A stretch of 64,000 nucleotides of DNA from the human T2T-CHM13v2.0 reference genome, Homo sapiens, in the NCBI RefSeq assembly GCF_009914755.1, contig NC_060947.1. One strand, written 5' to 3'. Below are positions 16,756 through 33,986 of this stretch, one piece after another. The translations under genes and the position numbers were made by a program. Under the pieces are notes generated by a model. That model had not been told where the DNA came from and searched no databases. It was given only the letters and a program-made list of their open reading frames with translations. Position 1 is the stretch's first letter. Each line of letters starts with the position of its first letter.

Positions 16756-16981
16756 GACTATAGCCTGATGTACTGCAAATCCTTCAGCATGCAGCAGGAA
16801 TGGAACTTGGTGTTTAAACTAAACTATAATGGCTAGATGAAAAAGAGACTAAATGTGAAATAATTCCATCATTCAGAATTGAGTGTTGGTATAACAAACA
16901 GACCCATGAAATATGTAGCGTTTCACAAGGATATCAGTGAGGAAGTTGTTCAATATGTCATCCGAAGTCCCGTTGCATAAT

Positions 16982-17470
16982 GATACTTGCACACGCATGC
17001 TTATAGCAGCACAATTCACAATTACAAAAATATAGAACCAGCCCAAATGCCCATCAATCAGAAAGTGAATAGAGAAATTGTGGCATATATATACAAAGGA
17101 ATACTACTCAGCCATAAAAAGGAATGACTTAATGGCATTCACAGCAACCTGGATGGAACTAGAGACTATTATTCTAAGTGAAGTAACTCAGGAATGGAAA
17201 ACCAAACACTGTATGTTCTCACTCATAAGTGGGAGCTAAGCTATGAGGATGCAAAGGCATCAGAATGATACAATGGACTTTGGGGACTTGAGGGAAAGGG
17301 TGGGAGGGGGTGAGGGATAAAAGACTACAAATTGGGTTCAGTGTACACTGCTCGGGTGATGGGTGCACCAAAATCTCAGAAATCACCATTAAAGAACTTA
17401 CTCATGTCACCAAATACCACCTGTTCCCCTAAAATCTATGGGAATAAAAAATTAAGAAAATAAATAAAAT
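16982..17470 (+). mobile_element. L1PB 3' end
   Basis: gaagtaactcaggaatggaaaacc...gctaagctatgaggatgcaaaggcat...gggtgatgggtgcaccaaaatctc, A tail. Confidence 0.85.
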
Positions 17471-17689
17471 TTTAAAAGGAAGGTCATCCCTACACTTCAA
17501 GTTATAAAATAATTCTACCGTAAAAAAAAAAAAACACACACACACACAACAACAACAAAGTCCTGTTGCGTACCTCTGAGAGGTGTTTTGTGGCTTGGAC
17601 TAGCATACTGGCAGTGCAGATGCTGAGAAGTGGTTGGCCTAACAGGACTTGCTGACAGATCAGGGATGATGAGAGAAAGAGCAGAATCA

Positions 17690-18270
<581 letters not shown>

Positions 18271-18282
18271 AAGAGCAGAATC

Positions 18283-18540
18283 AAGGATGACTCCTAGAAT
18301 TTTGGACTGAGTAACTGGGTGGATGTTGATATTGTTTACTGAAATAGAGACAACATGAGGAATAGGTTTGAAGGGGGAAAAAAATCAAGACTGGGACTTG
18401 TTAAATTTGAGACACTTATGAGCAACTCAAGTAAATGCTGACGAGGCCATCAAATCTGGAGCTCAAGAGAGAGGTTTGAAATGCAGAAACAGGGTTGTAG
18501 CCATCAGCAGGCAGACATATCATCATTCAGAGTCATGAAC
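18283..18540 (-). mobile_element. LINE-2 fragment
   Basis: aatcaaggatgactcc...actgagtaactgggtggatg. Confidence 0.55.
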
Positions 18541-18759
18541 ATGCAGAAATAATGGAAATGCCTCTTAATTAAATGAAGGCATAGACATACAACGAAATGT
18601 TATGTGATTACTAAAAATGATGGTAGAAAAACATTATCCAGAAGTTATCTTTATCTGTAGATGACAGATTTATGGACAATTTTTACTTTTCATCTTTGCA
18701 TATTTTCTGAAAATTTTTTGTCCATTGAACATGTATTACTTTTATAATAAGAAAATGCA

Positions 18760-19063
18760 GGCTGGGCACAGTGGCTCACGACTGTAATCCCAGCACTTTG
18801 GGAGGCCAAGGCAGGAAGATCACTTGAGGCCAGCAGTTTGAGGCCAGCCTGGGCAACATAGTGAAATCCCATTTCTGCAAAAAATATTTTAAAAATTAGC
18901 CAGGCGTCGTGACATGTGCCTGTAGTCTTAGCTATCTTGGAGGCTGAGGTAGGTGGAATACTTGAAACTGGAGGTGGAGGCTGTAGTGAGCTGTGACATC
19001 ACTGCACTCCAGCCTGAGCAACAGAGCAAGAGCCTGTCTCAAAACAAAAACAAAAACAAAAAA
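18760..19063 (+). mobile_element. AluJ
   Basis: TSD aagaaaatgca. Confidence 0.88.
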
Positions 19064-19212
19064 GAAAATGCAAGTTAAGTTATTTTCATTTTAGGGAAAA
19101 GTGAAGATATACGTCTATTTTTATGGACATGGATATTTACAACATTTTGTTGAGGAAAGGTAGCAAGTTACAAAAGTACATATATGATCTCATTCATCTA
19201 AAACAATATGTG

Positions 19213-19503
19213 GGCCAGGCACAGAGGTGCACACTTGTAATCCCGGCACTTTGGGAGGCCGAGGCGGAAGGATCGTTTGAGCAAAGGAGTTTGAGACCAG
19301 TCTGGGCAACATGGTGAAACTCCGTCTCTACAAAAAAAATACAAAAATTAGCTGGGCATGGTAGCGGACACCTGTAGTCCCACCTACTTGGGAGGCTGAT
19401 TGGGAGGATCACTTGCACCCAAGAGGTCGAAGCTGTAGTGAGCTGTGATTGCACCACTGTGCTCCAGCTTGGGCGACAGACCTTGTCTCAAAACAACAAC
19501 AAC
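19213..19503 (+). mobile_element. AluJ
   Basis: Dimer, (AAC)n tail. Confidence 0.88.
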
Positions 19504-19566
19504 ATGTGTACGTGCTTACAGGCAAATAAGAAAGACTCTAGAAGGATGTTTAAAATGCCAACAGCA

Positions 19567-19914
<348 letters not shown>

Positions 19915-20117
19915 CTATTATGCACCAACAAATTTATGTGATATCGAGAAGTGTTAAACAGTTTTAGTTGCATTACACTTTGCATAATATACACAAAACA
20001 CTAAACATGTTAATAAATGTTTGATATAATAAGATGACCTAAGTTTAAGTGTAATTTTGACTCCTTTTACTGTACCTGTGTTTTCCCCCACTAACTGACT
20101 AGTCAAGTGCTGACTGG

Positions 20118-20240
20118 TTTTTAAGAGATGGGGTCTTGCTCTGTTGCCCAGGCTGGCCTCAAACTCCTGGGCTCAAGTGATTTTCCCACCTCAGCCTCCC
20201 AAGTAGGTGGAACTACAGGTGTGCATCACCATACCCGGCT
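20118..20240 (-). mobile_element. FLAM monomer
   Basis: Reverse monomer. Confidence 0.75.
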
Positions 20241-20618
20241 TAACGTCTGTTTTTATATTTGTAGCCACATGGTACAAAGTACAGAACAGGTGTTCTTAAC
20301 CTTTTTCTGCCATGGACCCTTTTGGCCTTCTGGACCCCTCCTCAGAAGAATGTTTTGAAATGTGTAAAATGCACAGAAATTAACAACATATTTCAAGAGT
20401 TCGTTCTCAAATAATATGTGCTTCTTCAGTAAATCATTAAATAACCAGATCTAGAGATGGGTCTAATAATTACCTTAAGTTTGAAGCAGTGATGGACATA
20501 TATATTTCAAAATATCTGTAACAACTATAATATGATATGAAAGTATCTTTGATCTCTACTGGTGACAGTCACTGCTATTCTAATACTACCATGATCTGTT
20601 GCTTACAATTGTCATTGA

Positions 20619-21064
<446 letters not shown>

Positions 21065-21222
21065 AAAAATCTGGGTTTTCAGAGACATTAGTGAAAATAA
21101 AGAGTGAATGTTTTTCCCATCCAAGGTCACAGACCCGGCTGAATTCTCAACCAAAGTTGGAGGCCTTGGTCTAGAAAGATACATACCAAATATTAACAGC
21201 AGTTTTTTTTTTTTTTGGATAG

Positions 21223-21432
<210 letters not shown>

Positions 21433-21904
21433 TGATGTTTTACAATTAAAATTTATAAGAGCTTAATAAATACTATGTATTTGTTTGTCTTAAACAACCT
21501 GGAAGGATGACTAGGAAATTTTATACAACTGACTACAGATGTTCAACCTTCTATAACTACTTAAGTGTTATGATGACTCTAATCATTCCCATGTTCTTAC
21601 AAGCCAAGAAAAAAACTCACTAGAATTATTTATTCTGGAGTTAAAAAGAACAAAAAAACAAACTGTCACAACTGCAGACATTTGTCTATTTTTTTGCCAA
21701 GTGTAATTCCAAAAACAGCTGAAAATATTAGAACAAATTAGTACTTAATATGGACTAATACCTTCTGCTGTTTACAAAAACACAAAACCCGGAAGTACAC
21801 AGAAACTTGTATTTTAAAAATAAGTTATTGTGTGTAGAAAGACTTAAAATACAACTTATCTAAGTAATGCCAAAACTTACATACCACCAGACAAAGTGCT
21901 TTAA

Positions 21905-22206
<302 letters not shown>

Positions 22207-23572
22207 GAAAATGCTTTAATGTTTTAAAAAATGAGTCATACATAGAAAGTAAGCACATGCTTGAAAGTGCTCATGTTCAAGTTTTAGCAGCAATGTGGAA
22301 TGTTGCAAAAGAGACAGGGACACAGGGAAATGTGCATATCTCAGAAGCCTACTTTGCTTTCTTTCAAATCTAAAAATAAAACCTTTGGACTGCCCTATTA
22401 ATAAGTCTAGAAAATGGATGCTTTTTTTGTGGAAAGCTTTCGCAAACATGGAAATAAAAATATCTTCTTCTCGGTTAACAGGACTAAAGGATGTAAACAT
22501 AAACCAGATGCCAATCCTTGTTTCTCTACAATCCCCTTCTCCCTCATGGCTCTGGACAGGCTTCTATTGTAAAACTATTTCTATGGCACAAGGAGACATA
22601 TCAAATGAATGAACATTGGTCTGCACGGAGCAGTACAGACCAGGTTCAAAAGTCAAATGTTGAGTGAAAAGAGTAAGTTGTAGGATGTTCCACATAGTAG
22701 GATATCATCCAGTAAATTTGCAAAACACTTTATTCCATGTTGTCATGTGTAATACAACAAAAACCTTGCATGGGGAGTATCTCGGTGACCTTTAGGGAGC
22801 AGGCTACCTTGGGGAAGCAGGGCAGACAAAGAGTGCAACCACAGGGCTGGGAATTCAGCTGAATCTGTCCTATTTGAGTTCCATAGTAAGAGGGCTGACA
22901 GGAATACGACCAACTGATAACATTTCCTAAGTCTGGGTGAAAAGTACCCAAACAGCTACTACTTGAGCTGAGCGTAGAAGCCAGGAAGGAAGAGGGCGGG
23001 GGAAGACAGGACCTTAGAATGACGCCAGGAAGAATGGTGGAAGAGCTGACAGCATGGAGGAAGAGCTGGGAACAGCGCTTAGGGCCCACCTCCTGAGCCC
23101 AGGCTTGGGGAGTTACAGCAGTGCTGTCCACAGGGGCTCATCAGAGTGGACCTGGTACTTGACAAGACAGGAGTCAGCTTGCTCACACACTGCTTCCTTT
23201 ACCATCAAAGTCTTATGTAAAAATAAAAAATAAAAAATCAGTAGAACTAAGCAGCGTACTTTGTACCACAGCTGACTCCCATTCCATGTAAGCTCCTGAC
23301 CTTCTCACAGCCCAGCACTTTCGTGCATTAGACAATGAACTGTGCTGGAGAAGATGATGCCTGTTCCCATGAGTCTCCCAGGTCTCCTGGGACAGAAGTG
23401 AAGGGAAAGAAGGGTCCATGAAGAGACCTGGAGTGGAGTGGGAGCCCCAGGGGCCCAGTGGATAGGGTGGGGTGGAAAAGGACAGCATAGATGGGCAGAG
23501 CACCTCACGCTGCCTTCTGGGGCCCAGGGAACATCTAAGAGTGTGACGGGGCCTGGAAAGAAAGCCGAGCCT

Positions 23573-24320
<748 letters not shown>

Positions 24321-24796
24321 CAGCTTAAAAAAGTACTGCTATATAAAGAGTTCAACAGTCACAGAACAACAAAGCAACCACAGCCTGTTCCTGAATACTT
24401 CTAGGACACCTCTTATGCATATTACAGCATGAGGAGGCAGAAGGTCCAGCAGCAGAGGGAGATTCTCCAACCCCGAGTACCAAGGAACTACCACAACCTA
24501 GAATGGTCCCAAAATAAAAATGCTCCACTTTCTTCAAGGTTCACAAACAAGAACTGGCAAGTTCCCCTTGTCGAGTAAAAAGGTCCTTCCCTCACATGCC
24601 CTACTCAGATGAGGTCACTTTTGATGAAATGGAAGTTTCCAAAGTTTTGCTTTCTAGTGCTAACTGCTAAAAACTTCTTCCTAGCCTAACAGCTCTGTGA
24701 TCTCTACAAACAGTATTGCAGTGATAAATTCGTATGCTTATCTACTTACACGCAACTTTTTCTCTAATGGTCTGCAAATAAAAGGCTACTCTTGTC

Positions 24797-24914
24797 GGGC
24801 TCCATGGCTCATGGTTGTAATCTCGGCACTTTGGGAGGCCAAGGCAGGAGGATTACTCAAGCCCAAGGAGTTCAAGACCAGCCTGGGCAACACAGTGAAA
24901 CCCCGTGTCTACCA

Positions 24915-24945
<31 letters not shown>

Positions 24946-25130
24946 TAGCCAGGCATGGCGGCACATCCCTGTAGTCCCAGCTACAAGAGAGCCTGAGGTG
25001 GGAGGATCACATCAGCCCCGGAGTTCAAGGCTGCAGTAAGCTATGATCATGCTGTTGCACTCCAGTCTGGGTGATGGAGTGGGATCCTGTCTCTAAAAAA
25101 ACATTAAAAAAAATAAGTAAAAAATTTAAA
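24797..25130 (+). mobile_element. AluJ
   Basis: Diverged dimer. Confidence 0.85.
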
Positions 25131-25580
25131 AACTGGTTAAATAAATTGTGGTACATCCATAACAGACTATTTAAACCCAACCCTTAAAAGGAATGATACG
25201 GCTCTGTATGAACCGATTCTAAATAATCTACAGGATACATTAAAATAAACAAATGTGCACAATATTTTATAGTATGTGTAAAAACACAACGCCCACATAC
25301 CCTTGTGTATTTATACACACATGTAAAATATATACACAAACCTAAACACACAAAAATATGTCCAATAGAGACAAAGAGTAGAATAGTAGTTGCCAGAGGG
25401 TGGGGTGGGGGAAAGGGGAGAAGTGGGAGTTAGTGTTTAATAGGTATGAAATTTCAGTTTTGCAAGACGAAAGGTTGTAGAGATGGATGGTAGTAATGGC
25501 TGTACAACAATGTGAATGTACTCAGTGCCACTGAACTGTACAGTTAAGATGATTAAAACTGTAAATTGTTATATATATCG
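25131..25580 (+). mobile_element. L1M (L1MB/ME-like) 3' UTR fragments
   Basis: tagtagttgccagaggg...gatggtagtaatggctgtacaacaatgtgaatgtactc. Confidence 0.7.
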
Positions 25581-25587
25581 ATATATA

Positions 25588-26214
<627 letters not shown>

Positions 26215-26317
26215 ACAATTTTTTTTTTTTTTTAAAGAAACAGGTAATAGTGGCTGCCTCCAGGGAAAGAAATGAATGTTTGGGGCAGGGTAGCAGAGAT
26301 ACTTTACAATATAACTC

Positions 26318-26928
<611 letters not shown>

Positions 26929-27186
26929 CCGTATAACTTTTTACACCACCTTTTTAATTCCGTATTGTCCATCTAACTATTCAAAAAATCATTTAAAAAA
27001 CCCCGGCCTTATACAAGAAGTCTTTTCCTTAATCGTGTCATTTATTCTATCCCTCTTCCTTTAAGTAAAAAATATTTTCAATCAAAATCAGAATTCGACT
27101 TCAGCTTTGAGGGTATTTATTAGATTCAAATAATGCAATTTATAAAAATTACACTTGCTACCCTAAAAATATATTCACTAAAAGCC

Positions 27187-27389
27187 TTTTCTTTTTTTCT
27201 TTTTTCTTTTTTTTTTTTTTTAAAGAGACAGTGTCTTACTCTAAAGAACGAGGCTGCCCAGGCTAGAGTACAGGAGTACAGTGGTGTGATGATGGCTCAC
27301 TGTAGCCTAAAACTCCTGGGCTCATGGGATCCTCTCACCTCATCCTCCCGAGTAGCTGGGACTACAGGCATGAGCCACCATGCCTGGCC
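27187..27389 (-). mobile_element. FRAM/AluJ monomer
   Basis: Reverse right arm. Confidence 0.7.
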
Positions 27390-27719
27390 CCTCTATTTTT
27401 ATCAGGTGTTACAGAAAAGCTTCAAAATCATCATGGAAGAAAATTATCATTTTTACCAGTACAAAACTTTTATTGCATCCCAACCAAGCTAAGATGAATA
27501 CAGAATTGTTTCAACAGAAGTTACCATTATCATAATTCAAGACAAAAATCAGCCGGCAATTACATGAGTTGGAAAACAAACTACTCTTATGTCACAGTCT
27601 ACCCTAAAGCTCCAACTTATGTCAGAATTTAAAATACACACACATATACACAACCCTGTGGATTCCTCCTCATTTATGTAAAACCTACTTTTGTGATGAT
27701 CTGCTATTTTCTTGAGTCT

Positions 27720-27836
27720 TCTGGAATGAACACTGTAGCCCCACTCCCGGATAAGGAGAAGATACCACTTCCAGGGCTTAGCACTGCCCCTGGCTTGAAG
27801 CAGATACTCAAATATTTGTTGGGTGAATGAATGATT
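27720..27836 (+). mobile_element. LINE-2 3' end
   Basis: cttagcactgcccctggc...ctcaaatatttgttgggtgaatgaatga. Confidence 0.6.
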
Positions 27837-28106
27837 GTCTGCTGATAGGGCTGCCCATCAAGCCTCATAAAGAAAAAATTCAGAAAAAAGCAACTTTATA
27901 GAGAAAATAGGAAAAAGTTTAAGAGATATTTTGCTCACTTGAAGAAATCAGCATTTGTTAAAGGTGAAGACTGGATTGACTGGTTCATCAAGTGGCTTAG
28001 ACACAACTGACTAAGTGGGCTATACCTTATCCCACCCCAAAGTTAAATACAAAACAGGTATTTTTTTTTTTAATCACAGGAAAAACACAGGGCAACTTAA
28101 CTATAA

Positions 28107-28427
<321 letters not shown>

Positions 28428-28523
28428 TAAATACGTATGTATGAATATAATACATCATCAGGTTTTTTAGGAAGAAAATATAGATGACTATTGATCTGTT
28501 GTTAAGAGTAGGAAAGGATTTCC

Positions 28524-28971
<448 letters not shown>

Positions 28972-29276
28972 TTAAGAGCTATGACAATGATTATTGAGGT
29001 TTAGCCTCAGTAATAATCCAAGCGGCACCAATTTAAAAGATGTATATCCAATTCTGGGACGATATGGGAAAATGGCACTTTCTCAGACTGTTGTGGGAAC
29101 TGGGATAGCCATTTTGGACAGTGATGTGGTGGTATCCACCAGAAATTCCAAGTCTAGGCAGCCATTCTTCAAAATGACTGGCACATGAGGAATTTCAATC
29201 CTGTAGCATTTTTAATAACATAGAGAGACAACGAAATGCATGACGGTAAGTCAGCCCTGGACTACACTGCTATTTA

Positions 29277-29657
<381 letters not shown>

Positions 29658-29796
29658 CCCTCCTGTTAATTACAACACAAAAAGTACACAGTTTAGTCTT
29701 AGAAGACTTAGAAGGATCTACATTAAGCTATTAACAGCAGTTATTCTGGGTAGTGGGAGCAGAGATTAAGCGGGGAGCTTTCATTTTTTTACCTGA

Positions 29797-30101
<305 letters not shown>

Positions 30102-31841
30102 ACCTGATCAATTTTTAAGTGGTTTGATTTTTCTATAAATCCATGTATTATTTTAGTAATTCTTTAAAAAGTAAAAGAAGAAAAATAGATATCAAGCATT
30201 TATCTACTAAAGACGGGTACTGTCCTTTGAGAATTCCCTCAAAAGTTCTTTGAAGCTCAAATGGCTACATCTTTCCCATTCATAAGATACTTTTTAAATT
30301 TCCTCTTTCTACATTTCTTTTTAAAAGTTTATTTTCAATTAGCTTCCTCAGGTTGAACTCTCTGTACATTTCTTAGGAGAAACTGTATGGTGTCAACACT
30401 GCCTGTTTTATAACATCCATTCGTAATCTGTAATCTGAGAAAAAGACTCGTAAAAACCCAAACCACCCTCCAGGCCTAACATCTTCCAGAAGAAACCCAT
30501 TCACTGCCCATATTACATTTAGTCCACACAATTTCTGAGACAAAGCACAAAGCACTAGCCATACAACTCCCACCAGCATAAATACGTGGAGTACAAAGAA
30601 TGTCCTGTCAGCTGGGCCCAGAGCACACCCCACAGCAGTAAAAGAGAATGACAATTTGAGTCACAGGATCAGGAGCAGAATCAAATTTGGGACTTGAGGC
30701 AGTGTGATGCTCTTCTGGTCTTCCGCTTCCTTCCACACCTTCTATTCTCCTTCAGCCAAACCTTGCCCTCACATAATCCCTAAGCAGGCTATTTCTTATG
30801 GATGTCTACAACAGCTTCACACTGAGGTGTCAGAAACCACTAGAGAGACAACAAAGAACGACTTAGGGTCTCAGTCGGAATCACAATGGCCGCATAAGTG
30901 AAAACTCACATTTTTGCTTAGGGGAAAAAAAATGGGAAAATTCAATTGGAACATTCTGCTTTACCACACAGAAGTTCTGAAATCCACATGTCAAAACATC
31001 AAATGCGGAGTGACCACTAATCAAAAAGACAAAACAAAACAACAACAACAACAACAACAACAAACAGCTTGAGATGTTGAGCCTGAAGGTTGAGAAATTA
31101 AGGAACCATTCATTTTTACAAAACTAAAGTCCACACAATGGTGCCAAGTAGTTCAAACTGCAGCTGATACAGCACCTGAGTGTCAGACCTAGAATGACTG
31201 GGGCCCCCAGGTTTTTACAAAGTACTCATCCTCCTCTAGAGTCCCAAGAACCAGATGTATATCTGGGTACTCTCTTTAGTTACCATGGGAGGAGTGTAGC
31301 AAGCACATGACATTAGCCATGGCCCCCGGTGTTCTGAGACAGCTTTCAGGAGGGTGTCCTTCTAGGGAACCAACCACATACCAGTTCCCATATCTGAAAA
31401 TGCATTACCACTGCTCACTAATGTTGACCACTAAGCCATTTACCCCAAACCAAAGCAAACACATGCTGAAGACCGCTAAGGCAACAGCAGCAGCGCAAAA
31501 GGGCTCAGTGCAAGCGCTCTCAGCTCAGCTGACCTGCTTCAAGGTGAACTGAAGTTGCAGATCACCAGTTCCGGCTCTAATCTGACGCCCGCCCCCAGAT
31601 CACGCTGTGGCGACCAAGTAACCCTACACACACTGACCTTTCAGGGCTCAGGGAAGTGACTTTTTTTTATTATATGGCACAGTTTGGCACAGTTATGTCT
31701 TTAGTCTTTGGGGTACTTTTATACTGTCCAAGAGTAGTATATTTTTTTCCTCTTTTCCTTTTTTTTTTTTTTTTAAAAAAAAAAAAAACAGATGGCCAAA
31801 CCAGGACATATACTAAAAAAAAAAAAAGGAAGGTTACTTAC

Positions 31842-31867
31842 CTGAGCCCTAACATCCCAGCTACCAT
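31842..31867 (-). CDS. MECP2: MECP2 exon 2 coding part (MeCP2-e2 N-terminus MVAGMLGL[R]; 26 nt)
   Basis: ATG GTA GCT GGG ATG TTA GGG CTC AG|GT; matches the known e2 N-terminus. Confidence 0.97.
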
Positions 31868-31922
31868 GGAATCCTGTTGGAGCTGGTCTACAGAAGCAAG
31901 GTGTATTCTGGGGAGTCACATG

Positions 31923-31965
31923 TCACATCAAAGCAGGAACTGGTGAGTCTGTATTTTTATGGAGC
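31923..31965 (-). other. MECP2: 3' part of the 34-codon uORF of the e2 mRNA (exon 1 ATG read into exon 2: ...EERL-LHKNTDSPVPALM*)
   Basis: CT|G CTC CAT AAA AAT ACA GAC TCA CCA GTT CCT GCT TTG ATG TGA; stop at 31925-31923, 55 nt upstream of the e2 ATG. Confidence 0.9.
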
Positions 31966-33009
31966 CTAAAACAAAGAAAATTGTAAGTTGAAAGCCCCCA
32001 TTGAGCTGCACGACCTTTTTCCCAGGGCTATTTGGGACATTTTGAAGATAAACACATAGACAAAGTACTAGGCTATTTCCCAGCTTACCTAGCTAGAAAC
32101 AAAGGATAAGCTGCAAATTACTGGCACGTAACACACAGTGCTAAAATAAAGGAAAGATTCATGCTTGTTAGAATCAACACTATCACAAGCCTTGTCACCT
32201 CTAGGGGACACTTCGACACTACAAAAGCATACCATGAGTGGCGATTTCTGGCAAGTATTTCTTCTACCACGGCACACAGAAATTCTCAGGGAAGAATACA
32301 TGTTCAAGAGAATACGCAACATCAAAATACCATCCCTGAAAGAACACATGGAACCTAGAGGCAGTCTCCCTTCTTTTTCAAGCAGCTGAATGAAGTTGCA
32401 ATAAGCTGCTGTAACAACATCACATAAAGGGGCTTTAATCCTGAGAGAAAAAATCAGCACCAAGGGAAACCAAGTGCTCTGGGAGACCCAAAGCCATCAT
32501 CCAAAACATGCAAGTCTATTTCAGGGCAATCAGTTTTAAGCCTCTCAGATCAGTCAATCTCGATGTTCAACAAACTCAGTTATTAGTTTGATAGTTTCTC
32601 TTTTTCTTTTGAACACATGTTCAAAAAAGGACTTTTGTCAGTACCTTTTTTGTCATTAAGATAACCATCATTTCCTAGTTAAAGCCTAAACTGCCCCATA
32701 TGAATTAGCTAATTTCTGATACTATGCTGGCCCAAGAGTAGCACTTTTATAAGCTAAAAACGAAAGCTCAGAGCATACAACTTAGAGACTATTCACACAA
32801 TTACTCATGTAATCAAACCCAGAAGAAGGGCAACACCAACCAAGTCTTTTACTGGTCTGTTGCTGCTCTACAGCTACCAGGATGGTACCTAAAATTATCT
32901 TTTGAGGTTCAGTGAGGCCTCATAATTCCCTTAAACAGTCAAGTCATAGAATACTTTGAAATCCCAGAAGTCAAGTTAATAGTATTACTCGGCTAGCTAT
33001 ATAATAAAA

Positions 33010-33128
33010 ACCAAACTGGTATCCTGGCTAGGAGGCCCTGGAAAAGTCACAACTTCTCAGGGACACAAGTTTTTTTTGTTTGTAAACTGATGGTGCTGGA
33101 CTAAGAATCCTTCTAGTTCTTAAAGTTT
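33010..33128 (+). mobile_element. MIR fragment
   Basis: ccctggaaaagtcacaacttctc...tgtaaactga...ccttctagttct. Confidence 0.5.
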
Positions 33129-33173
33129 AAGATAATTAACTTAAGATTTCATGTCAAAAAGAAAAGAGCCAGA

Positions 33174-33291
33174 GGCTGGGTGCGGTGGCTCACGCCTGTA
33201 ATCCCTGCACTTTGGGAGGCTGAAGCGGGTGGATCACGAGGTCAGGAGTTCAAGACCAGCGTGGCCAAGATGGTGAAACCCCGTCTCGACT

Positions 33292-33324
<33 letters not shown>

Positions 33325-33510
33325 AATTAGCCAGGCGTGGTGGCAGGTGCCTGTAATCCCAGCTACTTGGGAGGCTGAGGCAGAGAACTGCTTGAGCCCG
33401 GGAGGCAGAGGTTGCAGTGAGCTGAGATCGTGCCACTGCACTCCAGCATGGGTGACAGAGTGAGACTGTCTCAAAAAAAAAAAAAAAAAAAGAAAGAAAG
33501 AAAAGAGAAA
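33174..33510 (+). mobile_element. AluS in MECP2 intron 1 (antisense to gene; expanded A27 linker)
   Basis: Dimer; A-run 33292-33318. Confidence 0.92.
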
Positions 33511-33931
33511 ATGAGAGCAGTTTATGAAATCTAAAAAAGAAAGTTAATATATATATAAAACACCCCTAGCTCTTGGGCTAGGAAGACAAGTGCATCCTTA
33601 CTAAGGCTTGGTCCTGTCAACTTCAGAGGCAATAATGAGAGCCCAGACTACAGTGTCTACAGTAACTGCAAAACAGCCACACAGCACAGCGGGAACACAT
33701 TCACACGCCAGGAGACCCAGCATACATGTGCTTGAAGAAGTTATAAGACTCAGGCTTTATTCTCTAACGAAATGGTCATTCCCCCTTTGATGTGGGGGTG
33801 GGGGTGGGGATGCCCTGCCCACCCCCCAATTCCGGCTCCCACTCAGTTATCCCACATACCATACATACCATCAAAGTATTTAAGCAATGGCATGCAAAGC
33901 AAGCTTTCGACAGGTTTCTTGCAAGAGAAAG

Positions 33932-33986
33932 GCAGAAGAGAACAGGTAAAAGCAGAAGAGCACACAGGTAAAAGCAGAAGAGCACA
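33932..33986 (+). repeat. Short minisatellite (~22-nt unit agcagaagagcacacaggtaaa, ~2.6 copies)
   Basis: Read directly. Confidence 0.85.

Larger units (their letters stand above)
31842..31965 (-). other. MECP2: MECP2 exon 2 (124-nt alternative cassette; included in e2, skipped in e1)
   Basis: Acceptor TTTTCTTTGTTTTAG|GCTCCATAAAAATAC at 31966/31965; donor GGGCTCAG|GTAAGT at 31842/31841. Confidence 0.97.

Noticed and set aside
16952-16981. Unassigned ~30-nt CpG-containing segment at the L1PB 5' junction (possible chimeric RNA)
   Set aside because: No recognisable source and no clear TSD
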